Source of the DNA: Eledone cirrhosa
Lineage: Eukaryota
Length of the DNA: 64,000 bases
Assembly (NCBI GenBank): GCA_964016885.1
Contig: OZ024742.1
Coordinates: forward strand, 303,800,001-303,864,000
Direction of reading: 5' to 3'
Below the pieces are notes generated by a model that saw nothing but the letters and a program-made list of their open reading frames with translations, did not search any database and was not told the DNA's origin. The position numbers were made by a program, and so were the translations under genes. Positions 13,786 through 28,291 of this stretch are shown piece after piece. Positions within the stretch are counted from its first letter, which is position 1. Every line of letters starts with the position of its first letter.

Positions 13786-15651
13786 TTCCAAGAATGATAA
13801 TAATACAAAAGTACTACTAAAACAAATCCTTGAGAAGTTGGCTGAACGTTCTGAATCTTCATAAGGTCAACGATGTGGTGATTGAGAAAGAAATGAGCAA
13901 CAATTAGAAAAGATATTATGGCATCTAAGTTTGGTGAACCTTACACCGATGTCCTATAATGTCATGAATCACACATTCTCGAAGAGGTAAAAATGCATGT
14001 TATTTGTCTATTTACAACACAATGTTTTTACCATATCACACTATATTGTAAGATCTTTCCTAATTCATTTGTTTGTATATAGCATTTCAGTTTTCATGGC
14101 CATGTTTTGTAACATCTTTTATGTGTATTATTATATGTGAGAACGGTCTTTGGCGGCAAATAAGAGAACGAGTCAGATTTGTTAGGGTGTTGGGTGAAAT
14201 GCTTTGCATTATTTAGTAACAGCTCTTAAAATTGCTAAGATCAAATTACTTCTTTGAAGATAACTTGCTTCCTTCTGGGGTAGATACAATAACTGTTTCT
14301 ACTTTTGGCACAAGGCCAGCAATTACCCAGTGTATTACTGGTACTTTATTACCTCTACCGATACTGCCAACACCAGTCAAGTACTCGGAGTCGATTTTAA
14401 TGACGTTACCATTGTTGACTTAATGCATGAAGTATTCTCTCTCGACAGGTTCAGGCTATATGGAAACGTGTGCCTTTTTTCAAGACTTTGGATGAAAATG
14501 GAAGTGAAGTTGTTATGTCTTGAATCATGCACTAGCTAATATCATGGTGATACAATAAATGAACAGGAGACCTACGAGGTTTGTGATCTAATATACAGAC
14601 ACCGCCGTGGGTCCCTGGCTTATTGTGAATATTGCGGCAGACAGGGGCAGTTCAAGAACAACAATCTCTACAGCTGACGCTTATTATATAACATCAAACT
14701 AAGCTACATATACAAAAAAGATGGTCTATCTTTTTCACCCTATTTGAATGTAAGTATTTTACATAAGGGGGTCACATAGTTGAGGGGCAATCGATTACAG
14801 AATCCGGGCCCAATCATGATTGACTTTACTATGAGCTGATCGATAACGAAACACATGTGACATGTGACATGTGTGAATAAAATATATATAGGATGTATTA
14901 TTGGTGTTTGTTCCAGCGTGTTTATTATATAAATATATATTATATATTTGTTCCAGCCTGTTTATTATATATATATATATAATATAGTATGTGTACCTAT
15001 ACGTTTACATATTGAGGGCTCTTTCTTTAGCAATTACAAAGCCAATGATACATTTATAAAATAAATTACATATCATGTAGTGGACATAGTATAATCAACC
15101 GATACTCCTCCTCCAATTCTTATTTCACGGTTTTTAGATATGACTCTAGGTTAAGTATTATCATTTGTATAGTAATATGTATTAATAAATACATGTAAGC
15201 GTACATACATATATAGGTATTTGCATATATGCAGACATTTACACATATCCCCCCCCCCACACACACACACATTCACACACATATATGTGGTGGAGGTGCC
15301 TATATATGTGTAAGTAAGTATTAAAACGACGATCGTCACTTGCAGTTAAGTAAGACTTGGATGAGCTAAGGAGTCTAGATGAGCAGACGCGGATGCACTT
15401 TTGAACTTCTCTCTTGCTTGATCAAGTGGAACATCATTGATGTGACAGCTGCCTGTAAAGATGGCAGGTAATTTCTTTATAAACCCCGAACGGATCAAAG
15501 TACACTGGACCTTGGAGAAATATGAACTCAAACCGTGGAGCACTGAAAGGCGATAGAAATATGCTATCTGCTATCGAGTGTGCCCCACCCCTCCACACAC
15601 ATATATATACATATATGTATAGATATGTATGTATATATATATATATATATA

Positions 15652-15710
<59 letters not shown>

Positions 15711-15713
<3 letters not shown>

Positions 15714-15860
15714 TATTCCGGGTTTAATCGGGGGTAACCACAATAAGTAAGGTACTCAATACATAGCAGAGTATAAATATTTAATATAGAAATGGATTCC
15801 TAATGATTTCTCCCGAATGAAACAGTTCTAGTCCAGTAGAAGCTTTTTCTATATTATATA
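15711..15860. mobile_element. Family D insert with internal inversion and degenerate HHR
   Basis: The left part is the reverse complement of 41521-41601; the right part is direct to 41473-41530 (CTAATGA-TTTCTCCCGAAT-GAAA). Flanked by (TA)n. Confidence 0.75.
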
Positions 15861-15872
15861 TAAATATATAAG

Positions 15873-15912
<40 letters not shown>

Positions 15913-16330
15913 CGTATATATGTTTGTAATATGTATGTATATATTTATATTAAATGTTATTTTGACCGTTGCTCCACTGATTAAATAACTCATGGAAACT
16001 CTGTATAAAAATCGAGCATCAAATAACAAATGATTCCTGGTGCGTTTATATATTTATATGTTTATATATTCCATTGTTTAAAGTAGATATTATTCGAATG
16101 ATTTAGCTATTCAGACTTGATGGTATATTTAAAAAGTAATGTGTTCCGTACCATACGACGAAAATAAAAAGAAAAAGATTACTAAATAAGACACAAAAGA
16201 TTAAATTATGTATGTGATGACAAGAATTCTAAAGAAATATATACGATAGATAAATGGAACACAGAGACATTTTTTCAAACACATAAATGTAGACATATAT
16301 ATTCGTTTGAAAGAGTTAGTTCATATCCTG

Positions 16331-16364
<34 letters not shown>

Positions 16365-16458
16365 TTGGTTGATTGAAAATCTGCCGACATTTTCTTCGAA
16401 ATACGTATAACAAAATAAAAATAAATAGGCGCGGACAAATATATATATATATATATAT

Positions 16459-16630
16459 CAGATAGTGTGTGGTAAAATCCAGGTAGACCATAACCCACCA
16501 GAGTACTCGATACTTGGGGTAGTAGAGTGGGTAATATGAAAAGATTCAGGACCCCGACGGCTGAGCTCCGGCCGTTTCGAAAGCTAGATCCGAACGAACT
16601 AAGCCGTCGGGGTCCTGAATCTTTTCATAT
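16459..16630 (-). mobile_element. Family A fold-back insert (half HHR)
   Basis: Shares GTACTCGATACTT.GGGTAGTAGAGTGGGTAAT with five other copies; terminal hairpin ~16535-16630. Confidence 0.9.
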
Positions 16631-16853
16631 ATATATATATATGAGTGCATGTGTGTATTTGTGTGTGTGTGTGTGAATGTAGGGAGGACTTGTTGTGTTG
16701 TTAAGGAGTTAGTTTTGCTACCATACTTTTCAAGTTCAGTACTACGGTGTAGGCTAGTGTTTTCTAATACACACATATGTTGTGTGAGTGATAACTGACG
16801 CGAGGAAGGAATCTGTATAGAACCCTGTCGTCTCTCTCTCTCTCTCTCTCTCT

Positions 16854-16920
<67 letters not shown>

Positions 16921-16923
<3 letters not shown>

Positions 16924-17768
16924 TGTTTCTTTGTATATTCCTGGGGGGTTCAAAAGAATACATATATATATATATATATATGGTAAATTTCTTTAAGTCG
17001 TTTGGAAGCCTCAACAATGCAAACGGGTAAATCTCCGAGTAACAAGATCCGGTGGTGGAGAGGGAGATGTAAGTGGGTGTACGTTGAGATGCGTGGCGTG
17101 TATAAGACGTGTAGAGGAATGAAGGAAAGAGCATAAAGGATAAAAAAAAAATAACAACACGAGAGAGAGTTACCTTGGGAGAGATTTAATTGTCCCTATA
17201 TATTTCGGATTCACATCCATCAACTGGGGCTTTTTTCCGGGGTGGGGGAAAGGTTGTATGTCGGAAAGGTGCGAAACGCGTCCTCCGCTGTTCGTTGTTT
17301 TTGAAGGATGCGTTTCGCACCTTTCCGACAGACAACCTTTCCCCCAGCCCCGGAAAAAAGCCCCAGTTGATGGATGTGAATCCGAAATATATAGGGACAA
17401 TTAAATCTCTCCCAAGGTAACTCTCTCTCGTGTTGTTATTTTTATTTTATCCTTTATGCTCTTTCCTTCATTCCTCTACACGCCTTATACACGCCACGCA
17501 TCTCAACGTACACCCACTTACATCTCCCTCTCCACCACCGGATCTTGTTACCCGGAGATTTACCCATCTGCATTGTCGAGGCTTCCAAACGACTTAAAGA
17601 AATTTACCTTATTATTCCACAATGCTTCAAGCAAACTTCAATAATCTCTTATATATATATATATATATATATATTTATTTATTTATTTATATACATATAT
17701 ATTTATGTATGCTTATATATATATATATATATATATATGCATACATAAATATATATGTATATAAATAA

Positions 17769-17838
<70 letters not shown>

Positions 17839-17875
17839 TCTTTGAACCCCCCCAGGAATATACAAAGAAACAATT
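16921..17875. repeat. Outer inverted repeat (16921-16963 / 17833-17875) enclosing a nested fold-back
   Basis: AATTGTTTCTTTGTATATTCCTGGGGGGTTCAAAAGAATACAT and its near-exact reverse complement. Confidence 0.9.
16982..17650. mobile_element. Large fold-back insert (~305-bp arms) with HHR-like variant
   Basis: Arms 16982-17286 and 17303-17608, ~40-nt right tail, (TA)n flanks. 17361-17396 reads CCC-CAGTTGA-T-GGAT.GTGA.ATCC-GAAA-TATA-TA-GGG. Confidence 0.9.
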
Positions 17876-18259
17876 TTTTGCTTTTGCATACAAGACAAAA
17901 CCAACAAACAATATATTGAGAAATATATATCCATTTTTATAAGTTGGAAAATATTGTACAGTTTACATACAGTCCTCATGTTCCATGTACTATTCTTAAA
18001 TTATATATACACGAAATGCGAGGACATATATACGGATATTATATCCTTGTGCCTAAAGTAGAAACAATTATATCATATATTATACAACTTTATATCTCTC
18101 TGATGTTAATGAGGTACACAGACTGTCGTTAATCATAAGTAATTGGTGGGACTCAGATTAATGGCAGAGACAAATGCCATTAATTTATACTAATCCCTAC
18201 TATACTATTGGGTACATTTTCCCTTTTTTGTGTACTAAATCGTATGTCTATATATACAA

Positions 18260-18356
<97 letters not shown>

Positions 18357-18854
18357 CATATGAGTGGAAGGTTAGTAAAATCGTAGTTGTGGTGGTCGGC
18401 CAACATCCGTGAAAGAAGAATTCCATTCTGATATATATTTATATCCCCACCCTCTCTGACCCCTCTCCATCCACACGCACACACACACCGACTTACACCC
18501 CACCCATGTACACCCCGAGTTCCCTTTTACCAGAACATGGAACCTCGTTCTCCCCCAACTCTCACATGCACACACACACACACACACACGTACACCTACA
18601 CACATACACACACACCACCTTCAGCCCTCCCCGTCTCACTCTCCCCTCTCCACCCCTCCACCCACCACCACTCCTAAACCCCTCACACACTTTCACCACT
18701 TGTTTCTTTTTATTTAAAAAAAATATTTTTACTGTAAAAAAAAATTTGTTTCCCTCCCTTTTCTCCCTCCCCCCTTTTAAAAATCATTTGTTAAATGTCT
18801 TTCCACCACTCTCCCCTCCCCCCACAATCTCGGAATTCCCTTCCTACCCACTTT

Positions 18855-18890
18855 TCTCCTAATGAAGGGCTTATGCCCGAAACTAACGTC
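18855..18890 (+). ncRNA. Degenerate HHR motif
   Basis: CTAATGA-A-GGGC.TTAT.GCCC-GAAA-C.TAAC.GTC; related to 34141-34180 and 32456-32491. Confidence 0.5.
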
Positions 18891-18986
18891 CCCCACTCCC
18901 CCACTCTCAAGCGTGAAACTAATAACACATGTACTGCCTCTTTGCTTAGACGTTTTTTTGTTTTTTTGTTCTCTGTTTACTTTAAA

Positions 18987-19032
<46 letters not shown>

Positions 19033-19034
<2 letters not shown>

Positions 19035-19200
19035 CGAAGGAAATGTGGTAAGGAACCAGGTGGACCATAACGCACCAAAGTACTCAATACTTAGGGTAGT
19101 AGAGTGGGTAATAGGAACAAGTAAGACCCGACGGCTGAGCTCAAGCCGTTTATATTATAAGAACAGATTAAAGTTTAAACTTTAATCTGTTCTTATAATA
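19033..19200 (-). mobile_element. Family A fragment fused to a perfect 48-bp palindrome
   Basis: Family A at 19033-19150; 19153-19200 is a loopless palindrome centred on GTTTAAAC. Confidence 0.85.
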
Positions 19201-19210
19201 AATATTTGCA

Positions 19211-19336
<126 letters not shown>

Positions 19337-19339
19337 ATA

Positions 19340-19905
19340 GATCTTGAGTGTATGTTGGTTGTATACCAACACCTGAGTATGTGGGCTGGAGCACTCGACG
19401 AAATGCGCAGGCTGGTTTGGTTACTCCGGAGTAATGTAAAATAAAGTAAAATAAAAAGTCAAATGTTTAAAATTTAGCTTCGTTTATTACTGCTATATAT
19501 ATTTCGGTGACAGCCATCTTTGGCTGTGACCTCTTCAGGCAGTCCGAATTAGTGTGGTATAGACAAGTACATATGTTGTTGAGGTGTATAATATTGTCAA
19601 TACTCTGATATGCCCAGTTCCTGGTTGGGTTGTTATTTCACTGAGGAACTGGAATCATATATATATCTATGATTCCATCATATCTATGATTCCAGTTCCT
19701 CAGTGAAATAACAACCCAACCAGGAACTGGGCATATCAGAGTATTGACAATATTATACACCTCAACAACATATGTACTTGTCTATACCACACTAATTCAA
19801 ACTGCCTGAAGAGGTCACAGCCAAAGATGGCTGTCACCGAAATATATATAGCAGTAATAAACGAAGCTAAATTTTAAACATTTGACTTTTTATTTTACTT
19901 TATTT

Positions 19906-19907
<2 letters not shown>
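19340..19907. mobile_element. Fold-back insert (family F) with canonical HHR on each arm
   Basis: Arms 19437-19659 and 19685-19907, ~95-nt left tail, (TA)n flanks. Confidence 0.92.
19801..19855 (+). ncRNA. Type I hammerhead ribozyme (mirror copy 19489-19543 on minus)
   Basis: ACTGC-CTGAAGA-GGT.CACAGCCA.AAGA.TGGCTGT.CACC-GAAA-TATATA-TA-GCAGT; predicted cut after 19850. Confidence 0.9.
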
Positions 19908-19943
<36 letters not shown>

Positions 19944-20238
19944 ATCCTTATCGAGCCCTCTTCGGATTTTAGTCTTCACATTTATTATTACTATATATAT
20001 ATATATATAAGCTGTGTGGTTACAATAATAATATAATTTATAAAACGCGTGGGAGAAATATAGGAGAGAGAAAACGCGGACGAGACAAGCACATGGACAA
20101 TTCCCGATTATTAGCTGTCTTTCCGTGGGCACACTGTGGTTTCTAACATCCGAAACTACAATGACCCCACAGAAAGACAGCTGATGTCTTGGAATTTTTC
20201 CATATTTTACCGATGGATATATATATGTATATATATAT

Positions 20239-20430
20239 AACGAAGAAGGTGTGGTAAAATACCAGGTGGACCATAACACACCAGCGTACTCGATACTTAG
20301 GGTAGTAGAGTGGGTAATAGGAAAAGTGTCAGAACCCCGACGGTTGAGCTCTGGCCGTTTCGACAGTTAAATCCGAACTAGCTGTTGAAAAGGCCGTAGC
20401 TCAGCCGTCGGGGTCCTGACTCTTTTCCTA
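20239..20430 (-). mobile_element. Family A fold-back insert
   Basis: Family A consensus; terminal hairpin ~20318-20430; (TA)n flanks. Confidence 0.9.
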
Positions 20431-21210
20431 TATATATATATATATATATATACACGCGCACCACATGTATATGTTCATATTGATATATGTGTGTGTGTAT
20501 GTTTATATGCTATACTTTTCCAAATAAAAGTTCCTGGGATGGAATTCTTCAGTAATATTGAATTCAATTCCTGGAGGATCAGTTATATATTGATACATTA
20601 ATAATTAACACTCTATCGTATTTAGGGGGATATTCTATATTTGTTGTCGTGGTTTTTTATTATCTTTCCTCTTCGTAGGCACTTTAAACTGTTTTATTCA
20701 CTGAAAATTAATCTGGAAATAGCTTTAAGTGAGAAGTCATATATGCATGTGTGTATGTGCTTTGCATGAGTGTGTTTGTTTGTCTATGTATTTCTGTGTA
20801 CGTATATGAGAGTGTGAGTTTGGGAGTATGTATGATTTTTTTCCTGTATAGCTTCGGGGGGAAAGACATCGCCTATCACTGTAGTGAGTAAGATATTCTC
20901 AAAAATGACAGGATTTTAAAATGTGTGAAAATACAGGGGATGATTTCTTATGATGTGTATAATTGTGACCTCTTCTTATATGTTTAAAACCAACCTAAAC
21001 CAAACAGCGAGTGCGTTTTATTATATATTTCTGACAATACTATAACATGACCCCACCCCCCACCCACCCACCCCAATATAACAGTCTTATATGTTTATTT
21101 TTCTAGAATACTTTATCACTTGTATTTTTGAATCATTTCCACAAAGACACCCGATCACTCTAGCTGTCACCTCACAGACAAACACACACACACATATGTA
21201 CATACACACA

Positions 21211-21271
<61 letters not shown>

Positions 21272-21738
21272 TGAATTAATGTAAATACTATTTAATGGAA
21301 AAAAAAATTAATTGAGAAGAAAGAATTGAATATAAAATAAGAAAAAATATATAAAAAAAAAACGAAAACAAGCGGAAAAGGAAGGGAAAAACAAGGACGC
21401 TAGTGTCACAGAGTAATGTGAAGGGGAAAGGGGAGTTTATCTGGCTCTGGGCCTGGTGCAAGGCGGTAATGTGGCTGCACACCGCGGACAGGACCGCAAA
21501 AGCATTAACTCCATCTATGTGTTACTCTCGTTCCTGCGAAAGGCTAAAGCTCGTATCATAGTGGGTCCCCTTTCATCTAGTGCTATTCAATTCTTAATGT
21601 AATACCTATTATCGCAATCTGGTTTTCTCCTGTTTCTGCCTTTTTTTTTACTTCACATATATGTTCTCTCTCTCCCTCTCCCCCTCTCTCCCCCCTCTCC
21701 CCCCTCTCTCTCTCACCTTATATATATATATATATATA

Positions 21739-21802
<64 letters not shown>

Positions 21803-22924
21803 TGTGTTTGCGCACGTGTATGTTAGGGTCAACTTTAAGTTTAGGCGAGTTAGGCAACCATGTCGAGCGCTTATCACAAAGAGGTGCGTTAAAGGTGCAT
21901 TATCGTCTCACAATTATGTACAAATTACATATGATTAATTCAGTTTTCTGGAGATACTGAAACTGGGGTTTCCGTCGTCTGATATGATGACATGTAACAA
22001 GATATGGCCTGGGTGAGCTTAGTAAAAGTTACACACGTAGTAACTTTTTTATTTTTGTCGGAGCATGAACTATCAAAAATTAAGTATTCACAGCGAGCCA
22101 AATTTTATGTTGATATTGTTTTATTTAGAAGTATGCAGCACAGAACCTGAAGAGGGGAGACCTTAATTTATGGTTAGCTAAGGACACTAAATATTTAGGC
22201 CCCGGACCTGCAGTGTTTATAGGTCTTAGAGTAACATTCGGTAAGCACGAGTTCATTTTGTCATCATATTATAGTAGTGAAGAAAAGATTAGATGTGGAG
22301 ATCTACCTTATTTATAAATCAACTGTTTGTATTTAAGTCTAAGCTTTTATTCACTGGTGGATCTGTATTTACTCGAGAAATTCAATTATCAAACTTATAT
22401 ATTACACGGAAAATTACAATTAGATTTCATTTTAAATGATTGCAGCAAATTCAATAAGGATTCTATCTGTTTAGTTTACGCAAGAACAACAACATTTTGT
22501 GATCTAATCGACTCAAAACTGAAATAACTTCCTCACAAAAACACACATGATTATACGTATGTATGTATATGAATATAAGTATGTATGTATGTGTGTATGA
22601 ATGTGTGTATTGATGTGTGAATGTAAGTATGTATGCACTGTATAAACACACAGACATACACACATATATATATGTATATATATGTATATAAATATATATA
22701 CATATATACACACACATGCAAACACATACATACATACACACACACATATATATATATATTTATTCATATACATTTACATATATATACGTATATGCATACA
22801 TATATATATATACATATATACATATGTATGTCTATGTAAGTGTATATTTACGCATATGCATATATCTGGGTATCGTTGTTTTATTTTTTTCATCCAAATT
22901 TCTTTATGTGTGAAAATCTTGCAT

Positions 22925-24245
22925 GTATGTATGTAGCTAGGTAGGAAGTTATGTAGGTATGTATGACTGTATGTATGTATATATGTATGTATGTATGTGT
23001 GTATGTATGTATGTAGGTATGTATGTGGGTAGGTAGGTAGGTAGGTAGGTAGGTAGGTCGTTAGTTAGGTAGGTATGTAAGTATGTATGTATGTATAGTA
23101 CATGTATGTATGTATGTATGTATGTAGTTAGGTAGGTAGGTATGTAGGTAGGTTGTTCGATAGGTATGTATGTATGTATGTATGTATGTATGTATGTATG
23201 TATGTATGTATGTATGTATGTATGTATGTAGGTATGTAGGTAGGTCGTTAGTTAGGTAGGTAGGTAGGTAGGTAGGTAGGTCGTTAGTTAGGTAGGTTGT
23301 TCGATAGGTATGTATGTATGTATGTATGTATGTATGTATGTATGTATGTATGTATGTATGTATGTATGTATGTAGGTATGTATGTATGTATGGAGGTAGG
23401 TTGTTAGATAGGTATGTATGTATGTATGTATGTATGTATGTATGTATGTATGTCTGTATGTATGTATGTATGTATGTATGTATGTATGTATGTATGTATG
23501 TATGTAGGTATGTATGTATGTATGTATGGAGGTAGGTTGTTAGATAGGTATGTATGTATGTATGTATGTATGTATATATGTATGTATGTATGTCTGTATG
23601 TATGTATGTATGTATGTATGTATGTATGTATGTATGTATGTATGTAGGTATGTATGTATGTATGTATGGAGGTAGGTTGTTAGATAGGTAGGTATGTATG
23701 CATGTATGTATGTATGTCTGTATGTATGTATGTATGTATGTATGTAGGTATGTATGTATGTATGGAGGTAGGTTGTTAGATAGGTATGTATGTATGTATG
23801 TATGTATGTATGTATGTATGTATGTATGTATGTAGGTAGGTATGTATGTATGTATGTATGGAGGTAGGTTGTTAGATAGGTAGGTATGTATGCATGTATG
23901 TATGTATGTATGTATGTAGGTATGTATGTATGTATGTATGTATGTATGTATGTATGTATGTATGTATGTATGTAGGTAGGTATGTAGGTAGGTATGTATG
24001 TATGGAGGTAGGTTGTTAGATAGGTAGGTATGTATGCATGTATGTATGTATGTATGTATGTAGGTATGTATGTATGTATGTATGTATGTATGTATGTATG
24101 TATGTATGTATGTATGTATGTATGTAGGTAGGTATGTATGTATGTATGTAGGTAGGTATGTATGTATGTATGGAGGTAGGTTGTTAGATAGGTAGGTATG
24201 TATGTATGCATGTATGTATGTATGCAAGTATGTATATATATGTAT
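22925..24245. repeat. (TATG)n array with higher-order GGAGGTAGGTTGTTAGATAGGT unit
   Basis: The 22-mer recurs seven times at ~110-170-bp spacing within (TATG)n; explains ORFs 23061-24227. Confidence 0.95.
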
Positions 24246-24495
24246 GCATGTACGTATGTATTAATAATGTACTACAATGATATCGGTAAGCTGCATGGTT
24301 GGATTCCTCGTATGAGCTTCTACCCAACTTTCCCAACACCAAGGGCATTTTACCCGAAGTTCTCAGCTGTTATTAATACTGATCGACTATTATTCTGGTC
24401 TTACTCTCGTTGAGAAGATTGCAATTAACACACACACACACACACACAAACAGACACTCACACACGCACGCACACACAAACACACATATATACAC

Positions 24496-24562
<67 letters not shown>

Positions 24563-24821
24563 TATATATATATACACGTACATATACATATCTACATATA
24601 TATATACATAGCTATATATCCACGTACATATACACATATACATACCTATATATATGAAGTCTTGTTGAAACTAAACTATCCAGACATAGTCTTATAATTC
24701 ACCTAGCAATTTAATGAATATACATTAAGATATTTGCTTACATCTCATTTGCATCTAAATATATAGGCACGATATATAAAATATTTTCTCATGTTTGAAT
24801 GAATTTGATTTATATATACAA

Positions 24822-24864
<43 letters not shown>

Positions 24865-24870
24865 TATATA

Positions 24871-25035
24871 CGATGGTTGGATAATAACCATGAGATTGGC
24901 TGGTCACGCTTGGGGATCCATTTGGATCAGTTAGAGATGGTTGCTTCTGAAAGGACCCGCTGTTGGGAGAGATTAAGGATTCGGTCCCCACGACACTCTC
25001 TGGAATAAGTGGGCGAAGAAAAGAAGAAGAGAAGA
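24871..25035 (+). mobile_element. Probable 3'-terminal RTE LINE fragment
   Basis: Translates RWLDN...[12 protein letters not shown], like the RTE C-terminal RW.D...A.DR..W, followed by an (AAG)-like tail. Confidence 0.4.
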
Positions 25036-25050
25036 AAAATATATACTTAA

Positions 25051-25146
<96 letters not shown>

Positions 25147-25157
25147 GATTGTATAAA

Positions 25158-25254
<97 letters not shown>

Positions 25255-25485
25255 GTGGAGTAAGGGGTTAACAGAACAGGGGTGTGCGGATCAACTCAAT
25301 ATACATATACATATTCAAATACATATATATATGTATATTTATGTATATATATGTGTATATATATATATATACACAAATACACATATATGTATATATATAT
25401 GCATTTATATATTGTATACATACATATATATATATATATACAATGTATAAATGCATATATATATATATACATATATGTGTATTTG

Positions 25486-25574
<89 letters not shown>

Positions 25575-25819
25575 ATGTATTTGAATATATATATATCAAT
25601 AGCCTTTTGTCTTAAGAAACACTGAATAAATTTTAAATTTTAAATACTGTCTTACTATCAAAAATGATTATAATATATCACTACATATAAAGTGAATAAA
25701 GTTATTGAATATATGATAATCTTTAAATACTAGAATTTAATATTTCTTTCGTGATTGGAACAGACGCACACAGACGCACGCACGCACACAAGTTCACACA
25801 CACATTCATATATATATAC

Positions 25820-25902
<83 letters not shown>

Positions 25903-25921
25903 CACATATATATATATATAT

Positions 25922-26125
25922 AGGAAAATAGGAAAATGTATGAACCCGACGGCAGAGCTCAAGCCGTTTCGACGGCTATTTCTGGACTCAGAAATAGCCA
26001 TCGAAACGGCTTCAGCTCTACCGTCGGGGTCATACATTTTCCTATTACCCACTCTCTCTACTACCCTAAGTATTGAGTACTCTGATGCGTTATGGTTTAT
26101 CTGGTTCGTTACCACAACTCCTTCG

Positions 26126-26129
<4 letters not shown>
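25922..26129 (+). mobile_element. Family A fold-back insert (half HHR)
   Basis: Hairpin centred ~25986; GAAA-CGGC..CCG-TC-GGGGT at 26003-26030; right tail; (TA)n flanks. Confidence 0.9.
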
Positions 26130-26187
<58 letters not shown>

Positions 26188-26192
<5 letters not shown>

Positions 26193-27085
26193 GAAAAAAT
26201 GAAATTTCATTTCTCATTACGGCTGATATTTAAATATAAGTATGTATACGTACATACTTATATGTATACAGACGTACAGTAGTATGTATGTACATACATA
26301 CATATATATGTATGTATGGGTTTACCCAACAGTTATTATAATGTTCGGTTTGTTTGTAAACAAACAGCCCAAATTAAGCCGTACATTCGGCAACGATCGT
26401 TGCCCTTTTGTTCAACACTGACAAAGGAACGATGAACTAGTTTCTAGCTTATTATCTGTCATCAACACCGTATACCTTCCTGTCAATCGATTGACCGTTT
26501 CAAAGTATATACTTTCCTTATGCATATTAACGGCTGAGCAGCCTAATTTGCATATCGAGTGAGTTAGTCGGCCGGGCGTACCGAAAACGATAAATGACTC
26601 ACTCTTAGTACGACTGCATGTATGTATATACATACTACTGTACGTCTGTACGTACATATATGTATGTACGTATACATAGTTATATTTAAGTATCAGCCGT
26701 ACTAAGAGTGAGAAAGGAAATTTCATTTTTTCCATTTATCGTTTTCGGTACGCCCGGCCGACTAACTCACTCGATATGCAAATTAGGCTGCTCAGCCGTT
26801 AATATGCATAAGGAAAGTATATACTTTGAAACGTTCAATCGATTGACAGGAAGGTATACGGTGCTGATGACAGATCATAAGCTAGAACTAGTTCATCGTT
26901 CCTTTGTCAGTGTTGAACAAAAGGGCAACGATGGTTGCCGAATGTACGGCTTAATTCGGGCTGTTTGTTTACAAACAAACCGAACATTATAATAAATGTT
27001 CGGTAAACACATACGTACATATATATAAGTGTGAATGTATGTATGTATATACATACTACTGTACGTCTGTATACATATATGTATG
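26188..27085. mobile_element. Fold-back of a more-than-unit-length ~420-bp HHR-bearing repeat (retrozyme-like)
   Basis: Left arm is A-B-(start of A); right arm is the reverse complement of partial A-B-A. CATACTACTGTACGTCTGTA recurs at 26631 and 27052. HHRs at 26859-26898 (+) and 26430-26470 (-). Confidence 0.85.
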
Positions 27086-27103
27086 TACGTATACATACTT
27101 ATA

Positions 27104-27232
<129 letters not shown>

Positions 27233-27233
27233 A

Positions 27234-27279
<46 letters not shown>

Positions 27280-27732
27280 ATGTATTATATGTATGTATAT
27301 ACAAACATATATGCATTCTCACACATATGAATACATATATACATATATACATACATGCATTCGTGCGTACGAATATATAAACTAGACTATATCATTATTA
27401 GCTGTGAACTATTAGTCCGCAATGACGGAAAAACCCGAGAGTAACGGTGTGTACAGTTGTGTTGAACCCACCCCGATCCACTGTAAGTAGAACGCACACA
27501 CATACACCTCACATGGCTACATGTATAATTTTCGTATGTAAAATATATATATATATATATACAAATGAATATATGATAGGGATAAACACTGATACAAGTA
27601 TACATGTGTTTGCATTGCAAATGACCAAGTTAGCTAGATTGAAAAATACTAATTAAAATAATACGGTTTGCCTGTCTCGATTTAAAATAATAAATCAATA
27701 GAAACAAACCTATAAATCAATAAAAACAAACC

Positions 27733-27763
<31 letters not shown>

Positions 27764-27800
27764 AGAAGAAATTAAAAGATGGTTAAAAAAGTTCCATATA

Positions 27801-27863
27801 TTATTATGCGCATTTCAAAAACAAATATCATCCTGGGACGAAAGTTGCGTTCTCATCAGATAA
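27801..27863 (-). ncRNA. Type I HHR, second family E insert (27762-27935)
   Basis: Homologous to 9661-9724; CTGATGA and GAAA-TGCGCA-TA are retained. Confidence 0.75.
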
Positions 27864-28007
27864 AATAATGTAACATGATATGATGCCTAAAAAAAAAACA
27901 ATTGTGAACAAGAAAGTAGTGTCTAGTCAACCTATATATACTCCAGTTCAATAAACTGTTGAGTGCTACTTATCCGATATATGCATAGTTTTAATAAAAT
28001 TCACCTC

Positions 28008-28085
<78 letters not shown>

Positions 28086-28184
28086 TAAAATAACAGATTA
28101 AAGTTGAAGCAAAGAATCACTGCTTTCACCCTTAACGGGATCTTCGAGCCCTCTTTGGATTTTAGTCTTCAAAATTATTATTAT

Positions 28185-28232
<48 letters not shown>

Positions 28233-28291
28233 CAAGGCTCTGATACCATCAACACTATAAACACAGAGCTGGCATATCTAAGAACTGACTA

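Noticed and set aside
15346-15543. Possible host exon
   Set aside because: No recognisable domain, and no convincing open frame between splice sites.
22925-24245. CRISPR-like repeat-spacer pattern
   Set aside because: The spacers are (TATG)n, the context is eukaryotic and there are no cas genes.
28100-28180. HHR-like motif on minus strand (TCGAAGA..GAAA-GCA..TGC-TT); similar weak cases at 19365-19410, 20110-20190 and ~61960
   Set aside because: The core is mutated and/or stem I is missing; too degenerate to call.
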